Shown here: positions 16,431-23,647 of the stretch, piece after piece
Layout: each line of letters begins with the position of its first letter
Numbering within the stretch: position 1 is the first letter of the stretch
From: Pasteurella multocida
GTDB lineage: Bacteria; Pseudomonadota; Gammaproteobacteria; Enterobacterales; Pasteurellaceae
NCBI RefSeq assembly: GCF_900187275.1
Contig: NZ_LT906458.1
Span: 1,740,001-1,772,000 of the forward strand
Reading direction: 5' to 3'
Length of the DNA: 32,000 bases
Translations under genes and position numbers: made by a program
The notes under the pieces: generated by a model
The model's input: only the letters and a program-made list of their open reading frames with translations
Told to the model about the DNA's origin: nothing
Databases searched by the model: none

Positions 16431-17119
16431 AGGCCACCCTATAAGGGCCTAGTACTTCACATGCCCCTCAAGGGGCATGTGAATTCTGACAACCGTTCAA
16501 TAACTCTGTTGCCTACCCCTTAAAGGGGTCCATATATTCTTTCTTCGATAAATTATCCTGAATCATATCTTCCTTTTCCTGATTTCGGATATATTCCTCT
16601 ACAATTTTTGTATTTAAACCTACTGTACTTACATAATAGCCTTTCGCCCAAAAATTTCGATTCCCATACTTATATTTCAAATTTGCATGTCTTTCAAATA
16701 TCATTAGCGATGACTTACCTTTTAAATACCCCATAAAACTTGAAACGGCCAGTTTCGGAGGTATCCTTAACAGCATATGGATATGCTCTTTCATTGCATA
16801 TGCCTCTATTATCTCTACATTCTTGTAGTGACATAATTGTCTTAGTATCCCTCCTATATCAACTCGCAATTTTCCATAAATTGCTTTTCTCCTATACTTA
16901 GGGATAAAGACTATGTGGTACTTACAGTTCCATCTTGTGTGTGATAGACTTGAATCGTCATTGGATTTACTTGCCATGACTTATCCTCCTATATGTTGAA
17001 TTTTGGTTGTCAGCCTTGTTCATTATAGGAGGATGTTTTGTTCTGCTCACCGCTTAAGCTTTTCTGTTCCATACGCAAAGCGTATGGTTTTTATAGCTAG
17101 ACTTTGTCTAGCTATAATG
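16431..17119 (-). mobile_element. IS200-like insertion sequence (IS200/IS605 family, tnpA only); ends approximate
   Basis: This ~0.69-kb unit contains only a Y1-transposase gene. Subterminal hairpins occur on both sides: TTCACATGCCCC-tcaa-GGGGCATGTGAA at 16456-16483, CCATACGC-aaa-GCGTATGG at 17069-17087 and TATAGCTAGAC-ttt-GTCTAGCTATA at 17092-17116. A 10-bp stem (16984-16993 / 17024-17033) sequesters the tnpA Shine-Dalgarno sequence. There are no terminal inverted repeats, as expected for this family. Confidence 0.75.
16513..16977 (-). CDS. tnpA: IS200/IS605-family Y1 (HUH) transposase TnpA
   Basis: 154 aa. The sequence CKYHIVFIPKYRRK, the HUH motif in EHIHMLLRIPP and the catalytic-Tyr block AKGYYVSTVGLNTKIVEEYIRNQ are present. 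AGGAGGA ribosome-binding site upstream. Confidence 0.92.
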   Translation of the reverse strand: MASKSNDDSSLSHTRWNCKYHIVFIPKYRRKAIYGKLRVDIGGILRQLCHYKNVEIIEAYAMKEHIHMLLRIPPKLAVSSFMGYLKGKSSLMIFERHANLKYKYGNRNFWAKGYYVSTVGLNTKIVEEYIRNQEKEDMIQDNLSKKEYMDPFKG

Positions 17120-17148
17120 AAAAAAAGCGCTGTCTTTACAGCGCTTTT
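17120..17148 (-). terminator. Rho-independent terminator of the ABC importer operon
   Basis: The minus-strand transcript reads AAAAGCGCTGT-aaag-ACAGCGCTTTT followed by a T-run. It begins 15 nt after the stop codon at 17163. Confidence 0.8.
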
Positions 17149-17162
17149 ATTTGTCCAAACCG

Positions 17163-18224
17163 TTACTCCACGGGATACCAATGTAATCGAGTAAATACGA
17201 GTTGGCAACTTTCACCCTCTTTTGGTCCGGGATCTCGACGCCCTTTCTGCACACGGAGTTCCTGATCACCCACAACAATATTGTAATCAATTACTTCGCC
17301 TAAATAAGAACGCCGTTTCACAACGCCTGTTACGCCGCCTTCATTGACAAAATCAATTTCTGACGGGCGCGTGGCTAAAATCGCTTTCCCTTGTTGCACC
17401 AGTGCTATTGGAGGCGAAGGTTGAATATGAAAAGTACCATCCAGTCCTGCAAAAGACACCCCTTGGGGAGATAAATTGACCTGTAATTGATTCGATAACC
17501 CAATAAAATTAAACACAAATTTATTGCTTGGGTTATTGTACACATTCAATGGCGTATCAATTTGTTCAATAAGTCCTTTCCTCATCACCAAAATCCGATC
17601 CGATAACGCCATTGCTTCGGCTTGGTCGTGAGTCACATAAATAATGGAAAAACCAAATTTACGTTGCAGGGCTTTAATTTCAAAGCGCATCTCTTCCCTT
17701 AAATGGGGATCTAAACTGGATAACGGCTCGTCAAGTAGCATCACATCTGGATTTAACGCCAAAGCACGTGCTAATGCCACACGCTGTTTTCCCCCGCCGG
17801 ATAAATCATCTGGGCTTTTTTGTGCAACGTTCAGCAAATTAGTGTGTTTTAACGCGTCATTCGTCCGCTTTTCGATTTCCTGTCTTGACACATTTTTCAA
17901 GGTGAGAGGAAATGCCACATTGTCATATACCGTCATATGCGGCCAGACCGCAAAAGCCTGAAACACCATCCCAAAATTACGTTTCTCTGGCGGTAAATAG
18001 AAATTAGTGATTTTGGAAGAAAGTAAACGATCGCCTACACGAATTTCTCCGCCGTCTAAATCTTCAAATCCTGCGATCATACGTAATGTCGTGGTTTTAC
18101 CGCAACCAGACGGTCCTAACATAGAAAAACATTCCCCTTTTTCAATACTGAGGCTCAGATCAGGAATGGCAATGACATCGCCGAATTTTTTCATCACATG
18201 ATTAAGTTGAATATAGCTCATCAT
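17163..18224 (-). CDS. ABC importer ATP-binding protein, copy 2 (PotA/FbpC/MalK-like with a C-terminal regulatory or TOBE-like domain)
   Basis: 353 aa. Walker A is GPSGCGKTT, the signature is [15 protein letters not shown], Walker B is MLLDEPLSSLD and the H-loop is YVTHDQ. It is the last gene of the operon. Confidence 0.9.
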   Translation of the reverse strand: MMSYIQLNHVMKKFGDVIAIPDLSLSIEKGECFSMLGPSGCGKTTTLRMIAGFEDLDGGEIRVGDRLLSSKITNFYLPPEKRNFGMVFQAFAVWPHMTVYDNVAFPLTLKNVSRQEIEKRTNDALKHTNLLNVAQKSPDDLSGGGKQRVALARALALNPDVMLLDEPLSSLDPHLREEMRFEIKALQRKFGFSIIYVTHDQAEAMALSDRILVMRKGLIEQIDTPLNVYNNPSNKFVFNFIGLSNQLQVNLSPQGVSFAGLDGTFHIQPSPPIALVQQGKAILATRPSEIDFVNEGGVTGVVKRRSYLGEVIDYNIVVGDQELRVQKGRRDPGPKEGESCQLVFTRLHWYPVE

Positions 18225-18242
18225 TTTCTCCTTAATATTCGG

Positions 18243-19937
18243 CTATTTCTGTGTTTTCTTCTCGGCATAACGTTTAATCACGGTTTGCCCAAACACAATA
18301 ATAATTAATGCAATACCCGCTAATGCTGCAGAATAAACCGTTTCGCCATCTTCATTCAGGGTATAAATCGCCACCCCGATCGTACGTGTTGACGGACCAT
18401 ATAACATGACCGAAACCGTTAATTCTCTTAATGCCGGTAAGAAAATGAGGAAGAAAGCAGCAATCATTCCCGGACGCACTAACGGCACGACAATATCTTT
18501 CAGCGATTGCCACATACTTGCACCACAAGCACGTGCTGCTTCAACTAAAGAGTCATGTACTTGTTCTAGCGCTGCGGAGTTGGCTTTTAGTGAGAACGCC
18601 ATGTAACGCGCAATATAGGCAATCAAAATAATCCATACTGTGTTGTATAAATTAATACCAAATTTACCGCTCCACGCTAAAATAACCCCTAACGCAATCA
18701 CCGAGCCGGGTACTGAGAATGGCAACATACCCAAGAATTCAAGAATTCCTTTGCCTTTCACTCGCATCTTCACAATGACATAAGAGATCATTACCCCAGC
18801 AAACATCGTTATCACTGCCGCGGCTAAACCTAATAGCACACTATTGCGGATCGCATCTTTAGTGAGCTGCCAGTCAAACAAGATAAATTTGTAGTTATCA
18901 AAGGTGAGATTTTCCCAAGTAATTGGCAGACCATAGGTTTTTAACCCTCCCACGATAAAAATCGTGACCGTTGGTAACACAATGGTAAACGCGATATAGA
19001 ACACACAAATAAACAATAATGGCATTCTTAATCCTCTGAGTTTCACCTCAACAGGACGGAAACTTTTACCCGCAATAATTTGGAAACGTCCACGATTAAG
19101 AATTTTATTTTGCAACCAAATAATCAACGCAGCCGTCACCACTAATACTGTCGCTAACACCGTTCCGGTCCGAATTGCCTCAAAACTCCCCGCACTTTGA
19201 TGGATACGTTCATAAATTAAGGTCGGAATATTGAAAATCCCATTTTCCACCCCTAATACAGCCACCGTACCAAAGTGAGCCATAGAGTAAAGCATAATCA
19301 ATAACGCACCCGACACGATACTCGGCATCACTAATGGAATCGTGATTTTACGTGTAATGGTAAAAAGACTGGCGCCAGAAATACGCGCTGATTCTTCTAA
19401 CGTCGGGTCCATACGCTCAAGTGCACCACATACTTGAATAAAGACGAAGGGGAACAAATACATGGTTTCTACCGCCATAATGCCCGTATAACTGTAGATA
19501 TTGAAAATCGGTTCCTCTAAACCAAACGTATCCATAAAGAAACGGTTAATATAGCCGGCACGAGGGGAAAGTAACATTTTCCAAGCTAACGCCCCAATAA
19601 AAGACGGCAACATAAAAGGCACGAGAAACATCACTTTCATCAGCCCTTTATAAGGCAAATCGGTACGTGTCACTAACCAGGCAAAAAATGTCCCCACGAT
19701 CGTACTCATGATCGTCACACCAACGGCAATGAATAATGAGTTCAATAAGGCTTCGTAGGTTTCTTTCTGTTTCAAAATATTGACGACATCGGTAACATTA
19801 AATTGCCCATTTACCCAAAAGGAATTAATAAAAATTAATAACACAGGGACAGCAACCACAATCACCAAAATCCCAATTGATAACGCTAAAATCGCATTCG
19901 CCACATTAAATGGACTTTTTTGAATCACTGCGGCCAT
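18243..19937 (-). CDS. ABC importer permease with fused double transmembrane domain (FbpB/AfuB/ThiP-like)
   Basis: 564-aa polytopic protein. It has two EAA-loop motifs: LEESARISGASLFTITRKITIPLVMP and LVEAARACGASMWQSLKDIVVPLVRPG. Confidence 0.9.
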   Translation of the reverse strand: MAAVIQKSPFNVANAILALSIGILVIVVAVPVLLIFINSFWVNGQFNVTDVVNILKQKETYEALLNSLFIAVGVTIMSTIVGTFFAWLVTRTDLPYKGLMKVMFLVPFMLPSFIGALAWKMLLSPRAGYINRFFMDTFGLEEPIFNIYSYTGIMAVETMYLFPFVFIQVCGALERMDPTLEESARISGASLFTITRKITIPLVMPSIVSGALLIMLYSMAHFGTVAVLGVENGIFNIPTLIYERIHQSAGSFEAIRTGTVLATVLVVTAALIIWLQNKILNRGRFQIIAGKSFRPVEVKLRGLRMPLLFICVFYIAFTIVLPTVTIFIVGGLKTYGLPITWENLTFDNYKFILFDWQLTKDAIRNSVLLGLAAAVITMFAGVMISYVIVKMRVKGKGILEFLGMLPFSVPGSVIALGVILAWSGKFGINLYNTVWIILIAYIARYMAFSLKANSAALEQVHDSLVEAARACGASMWQSLKDIVVPLVRPGMIAAFFLIFLPALRELTVSVMLYGPSTRTIGVAIYTLNEDGETVYSAALAGIALIIIVFGQTVIKRYAEKKTQK

Positions 19938-19939
19938 TG

Positions 19940-21028
19940 CTACCCCCTTGTTTGCTGAACATGTTGTTGATTATCAGTAAACCAAAGCAAATCATGGAAA
20001 TTAACGTAACAGTCTTCCCCCTCTTGGAACATCAAATCATGTTGCAATGCTTTATTGGTGGAAATTTCTGTTCGTAAAGACACGCCGTCAATATTAATCA
20101 TGTAATCCATTACGGCGCCAAGAAAACTGGCTCGCGCCACTTTACCTTTTAATCCTTCCCCAGATTTGCTCAAAATAATATCTGAAGGGCGACAACCTAA
20201 TTTGCCGGATTCCGCAGGCAGATTTTGCCATTGTAACGCTTGCTTACCTTGTCCAATAAAATGCTGTCCTTCTTCATAGCGCACATGGATAAAATTAGCT
20301 AACCCCATGAATTTAAACACCATTTCATTAGCAGATTTTTCATAAATCTCCCAAGGGGTACCAATTTGTTGAATATCACCGTTTTTATCCATAATGGCTA
20401 AACGATCGGAAATCGCGAGAGCAATCTCTTGATCGTGAGTCACATATAAAATCGTAATGCCCAGTTTCTTTTGTAACTCTTTGATTTCAAAACGCATTTC
20501 TTCTCGTAAATTCGCATCGAGATTATTTAATGGTTCATCTAATAACATCAAAGAGGGCTTCGCCACTAACGCACGTGCTAGCGCGACACGTTGTTGCTGT
20601 CCACCGGAAAGTTGGGAAGGTAAACGTTTTTCCAATCCCGTCAAATTGACCAAATTAACCACTTCCATCACTTGTTGCTGAATTAAGGCTTTATCTAAAT
20701 CCTTCAGCTTTAATGGATACGCAATGTTGTCGAAAACGGTCATGTGCGGCCAAACCGCATAATCTTGAAATACCACCCCCAGACTTCGTTGATCAGGGGG
20801 GATATCAATGCCTTCTGCTGGATCAGACACCACATGTTCGTCAATTAAAATGCGTCCGCTATCAGGCACGTCAAACCCGGCTAACAAACGAAGTAAGACC
20901 GTTTTACCACAGCCAGATGGTCCAAGTAAGGTAAAACATTCACCATCTTTCACTACAAGAGATAAATCTTTTAGCACTTCATTCGAACCAAACGCTTTAC
21001 TGACCTTTTCGAATGTGATTGTTGCCAT
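19940..21028 (-). CDS. ABC importer ATP-binding protein, copy 1 (PotA/FbpC/MalK-like)
   Basis: 362 aa. Walker A is GPSGCGKTV, the signature is [15 protein letters not shown], Walker B is [11 protein letters not shown] and the H-loop is YVTHDQ. It is clearly a paralogue of 17163-18224 and not an identical copy. Confidence 0.9.
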   Translation of the reverse strand: MATITFEKVSKAFGSNEVLKDLSLVVKDGECFTLLGPSGCGKTVLLRLLAGFDVPDSGRILIDEHVVSDPAEGIDIPPDQRSLGVVFQDYAVWPHMTVFDNIAYPLKLKDLDKALIQQQVMEVVNLVNLTGLEKRLPSQLSGGQQQRVALARALVAKPSLMLLDEPLNNLDANLREEMRFEIKELQKKLGITILYVTHDQEIALAISDRLAIMDKNGDIQQIGTPWEIYEKSANEMVFKFMGLANFIHVRYEEGQHFIGQGKQALQWQNLPAESGKLGCRPSDIILSKSGEGLKGKVARASFLGAVMDYMINIDGVSLRTEISTNKALQHDLMFQEGEDCYVNFHDLLWFTDNQQHVQQTRG

Positions 21029-21042
21029 AGTGCACTCCTGTT

Positions 21043-22032
21043 TTATTGACGTCCTTGGAGGATTTGGGTGAATTTCTTCACAATCTCTTCTTTCTCCGTC
21101 AAGATTGCTTGATAATCAATCGGAATAGCACGACTAATCGCATCTTCTACTGTTGGCATACCTTCTAAGGTTGCAACACCTTTTCTCACTGGTAACGTAC
21201 CTTCATGCGCAATAATGTGTTGTGCTTCTTCAGACAATAAGAAATCAATGAATTTTTTAGCCGCAGCTGGGTTTTTGGTGCCTTTGAAAATCGCAGCAGG
21301 GCTTGGAATCACTAACATTTCTTTTGGATAGACCAATTTAAGCTGCGCACCTTTTTTGATTTTGTCGTTGGTAATATAATCCACCGCTAACGACGCTAAT
21401 AAGTCACCCGAGGCAGTATCATCCACGACTTGACCCGATCCTTTCCCCACTTTACCTTTATTAGCTTTGATTTTTTCAAAAAACTCCCAGCCAAAAGTCG
21501 ATTTCAACAAGGCAACACTCATATACGCCGTTCCCGATAAAGCCGGGTTAGCAATACCAAAAGCCCCTTTGTATTTTGCGCCCGTAATATCATCCCAGCT
21601 TGTCGGGGGCTCTTTCACAAAACGCGTGTTATAGGCAATACCTAAGGTACCTAAACGAATCGGTGTAAAGGAACCATCAAAATCTGGAATCGGGTTCACA
21701 ATATGCTCAACTTCAGGTGACACATACGCATCTAGCATGCCATTAGCTTTCATTTTAAAGAAATCCGGTACTTCACTGGTCCAAATGACATCTGCCATAA
21801 TTTGTCCTGATTCTTTTTCTGCAGCAATTTTTGCCATGAGTTTGCCTGCACCAGCAGATTGATAATCCATCGCAATGTCAGGATGCTTTTCGTTAAATTT
21901 TGTTTTTAACGCACCAATTAACGATTCTTTCATCGAGGTATAAACAATGAGTTTTTCATTTGCATGCGCAACACCTGCAATTGTCATACTTAATCCGAGT
22001 GCAATCAGGGCTGAAGAGAATGTTTTTTTCAT
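21043..22032 (-). CDS. Periplasmic substrate-binding protein of the ABC importer (Fbp/Afu/PotD-type, family 1 SBP); ligand unknown
   Basis: 329 aa with signal peptide MKKTFSSALIALGLSMTIAGVAHA-NEK. The start is typical of the SBP class (KLIVYTSM...SAGAGKLMAKI...ADVIWTS). It lacks an obvious Tyr-Tyr ferric ligand pair. Confidence 0.85.
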   Translation of the reverse strand: MKKTFSSALIALGLSMTIAGVAHANEKLIVYTSMKESLIGALKTKFNEKHPDIAMDYQSAGAGKLMAKIAAEKESGQIMADVIWTSEVPDFFKMKANGMLDAYVSPEVEHIVNPIPDFDGSFTPIRLGTLGIAYNTRFVKEPPTSWDDITGAKYKGAFGIANPALSGTAYMSVALLKSTFGWEFFEKIKANKGKVGKGSGQVVDDTASGDLLASLAVDYITNDKIKKGAQLKLVYPKEMLVIPSPAAIFKGTKNPAAAKKFIDFLLSEEAQHIIAHEGTLPVRKGVATLEGMPTVEDAISRAIPIDYQAILTEKEEIVKKFTQILQGRQ

Positions 22033-22176
22033 GATCTGATCCTTCCTATTTTGTGATGTATGAGAATGATTATGAGGGGGAGTTACTACTAAACTGATTT
22101 CATCTATCGTATGAAATTTAACCTACAATACCCCCCAAAAACACAAAATAAAAGTCTCGTCAATGTGCGACAAATC

Positions 22177-22226
22177 AGTCAAATTTAACTCATTTTGACA
22201 TGATATGGCTGTCAAAATTGACACAT
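22177..22226. promoter_or_regulatory. Cluster of four GTCAAA/TTGACA-type half sites forming nested inverted repeats; candidate response-regulator binding sites in the divergent control region
   Basis: The sequence is aGTCAAAtttaactcatTTTGACAtgatatggcTGTCAAaaTTGACAcat. It includes the perfect palindrome TGTCAA-aa-TTGACA (22210-22223) and ATTTTGACA-N9-TGTCAAAAT (22192-22218). Confidence 0.4.
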
Positions 22227-22411
22227 TTTCTCAAGCGATACGTCGCTTCCAATGATTTATGAAAAAAAGCCCTATAAATGACTCAAAATATCCGATAAGT
22301 CTTTAAAATATAAATTCTCTTTTTTTGAGATAGATCACAAAAAAAAGCCCCTATTCCGCCACTATTTTGGGTAAGATGACACAGTAAGATGGGTTAATCG
22401 ATGTGATCACT

Positions 22412-23647
22412 ATGCGCTCCAAAAGACAAAATTACATCATATACTTTGTCGTCACCTTATTGGCTTTTATTCACCCAATAAAAGCAGAGGAGCTCGTGAT
22501 CGGTACAACATTTGCTTTAGAGGGCGTGCAACATCTCATCAAGGAATGGAATAAACAACCCGATAGTTTCCCAATTACTACTTTAAACCGCACGAGTGCC
22601 TCATTAAATCAGCTGCTCTCTACTGAAAAAGCGCGTGAAGTTGATCTCATTCTGAGTTCATCTCCGATGCTGTTTTATAATTTACAGCATAAAAACAAGC
22701 TAGCCCCCTTACCTCCTAACATTGAGCATGACACACGCTTCCTCCCCGATCTCCTGCAACCGACCACGGTTGCTTTTGCACTGTCAGGTTACGGCATGCT
22801 TTTTAATATCCCGTTATTACAACAAACTCACTTACCTTTCCCGCAATCTTGGCAAGATCTTACACATCCGGATTTACAAGGGCTCGTGATTATCAGTAGC
22901 CCTACGCGATCAGACACAAATCACATCATGGTAGAAGCGCTATTACAGCGCTATGGTTGGCAACAAGGGTGGGAATTAATTGAAAAAATTATGTTGAATG
23001 TGGGGACAATTTCATCACGCAGTTTTGGGGTGGTGGATAAAGTGCAAGCGAATTTAGGCGCGGTGGGCATTACTATTGATAACTATGCACATATTTTAAC
23101 AACACAAGATCAATCACATTTAGCTTTTCATTATTTTCCTGATTTTCCAATTTCGCCAACCTTTATTGCTGTCGTAGCAGAAAGTCGCAAAAAGCAACAC
23201 GCATTCCGCTTTATTCGCTTTTTACTCAGTGCCACAGGTCAACAAATCCTAACCGATCCGCAGATGAGCAAATACCCGATTACCCCACTGCCTGCAAGTC
23301 ATCCTCAAGCCGCACTACAACAGCAACTCTTCGCTCAGCCTCCACTGAACTATCATCTGTTAATTAAGCGGCAAGAATTAGTCAAATTATTATTTGAACA
23401 ACAAATTACTCACCGTTTAAGCTTATTGAAAGAACATTGGCATCTATTACACCAAAAAGAACGCGCGTTGAATCGACCGCTTCCTGAGCTACGCCAAATT
23501 CTCACTGCCTTACCAGTATCCGCAGAACAAGCAGAAAATGATGATTACTTAACCCATTTTAATCGCAGCCAAGAATTACTTAATTGGCAACATTTTTTTA
23601 TTGCCCAGCAACTTGCTTTCGTTAACGCATTGGAAAATCAAGAATGA
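22412..23647 (+). CDS. Secreted binding-protein-like sensor component (PgtC-like modulator) with a C-terminal helical extension
   Basis: The start is placed at ATG 22412, giving signal peptide MRSKRQNYIIYFVVTLLAFIHPIKA-EE. The body follows the same SBP pattern as the transporter SBP (ELVIGTTF...W...DLILSSSP...). It is followed by a ~110-aa Gln/Leu-rich tail. Its stop codon overlaps the kinase start codon (ATGA at 23644-23647). Confidence 0.7.
   Translation: MRSKRQNYIIYFVVTLLAFIHPIKAEELVIGTTFALEGVQHLIKEWNKQPDSFPITTLNRTSASLNQLLSTEKAREVDLILSSSPMLFYNLQHKNKLAPLPPNIEHDTRFLPDLLQPTTVAFALSGYGMLFNIPLLQQTHLPFPQSWQDLTHPDLQGLVIISSPTRSDTNHIMVEALLQRYGWQQGWELIEKIMLNVGTISSRSFGVVDKVQANLGAVGITIDNYAHILTTQDQSHLAFHYFPDFPISPTFIAVVAESRKKQHAFRFIRFLLSATGQQILTDPQMSKYPITPLPASHPQAALQQQLFAQPPLNYHLLIKRQELVKLLFEQQITHRLSLLKEHWHLLHQKERALNRPLPELRQILTALPVSAEQAENDDYLTHFNRSQELLNWQHFFIAQQLAFVNALENQE

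Noticed and set aside
17644-21071. Several 64-105-aa plus-strand ORFs inside the two ABC ATPase genes and the permease gene
   Set aside because: All are antisense to genes with complete ABC motifs. The paired similar ORFs simply mirror the paralogy of the two ATPase genes.
22206-22222. Sigma54-like -24/-12 element TGGCTG-tcaaaa-TTGAC in the control region
   Set aside because: The spacing is one base too long, and the invariant GC of the -12 element is GA. A second weak candidate on the other strand (around 22355-22372, TGGCGG-N5-GGGCT) lacks the TTGC core. Neither is convincing, which fits the GAFTGA-less regulator.
22320-22346. Homopolymer runs (T7 at 22320-22326, A8 at 22339-22346) as possible phase-variation tracts; also A8 runs near 13884 and at the yeiH start
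   Set aside because: They are shorter than tracts usually associated with slipped-strand phase variation in Haemophilus. I saw no tetranucleotide or other tandem repeats anywhere in the window.
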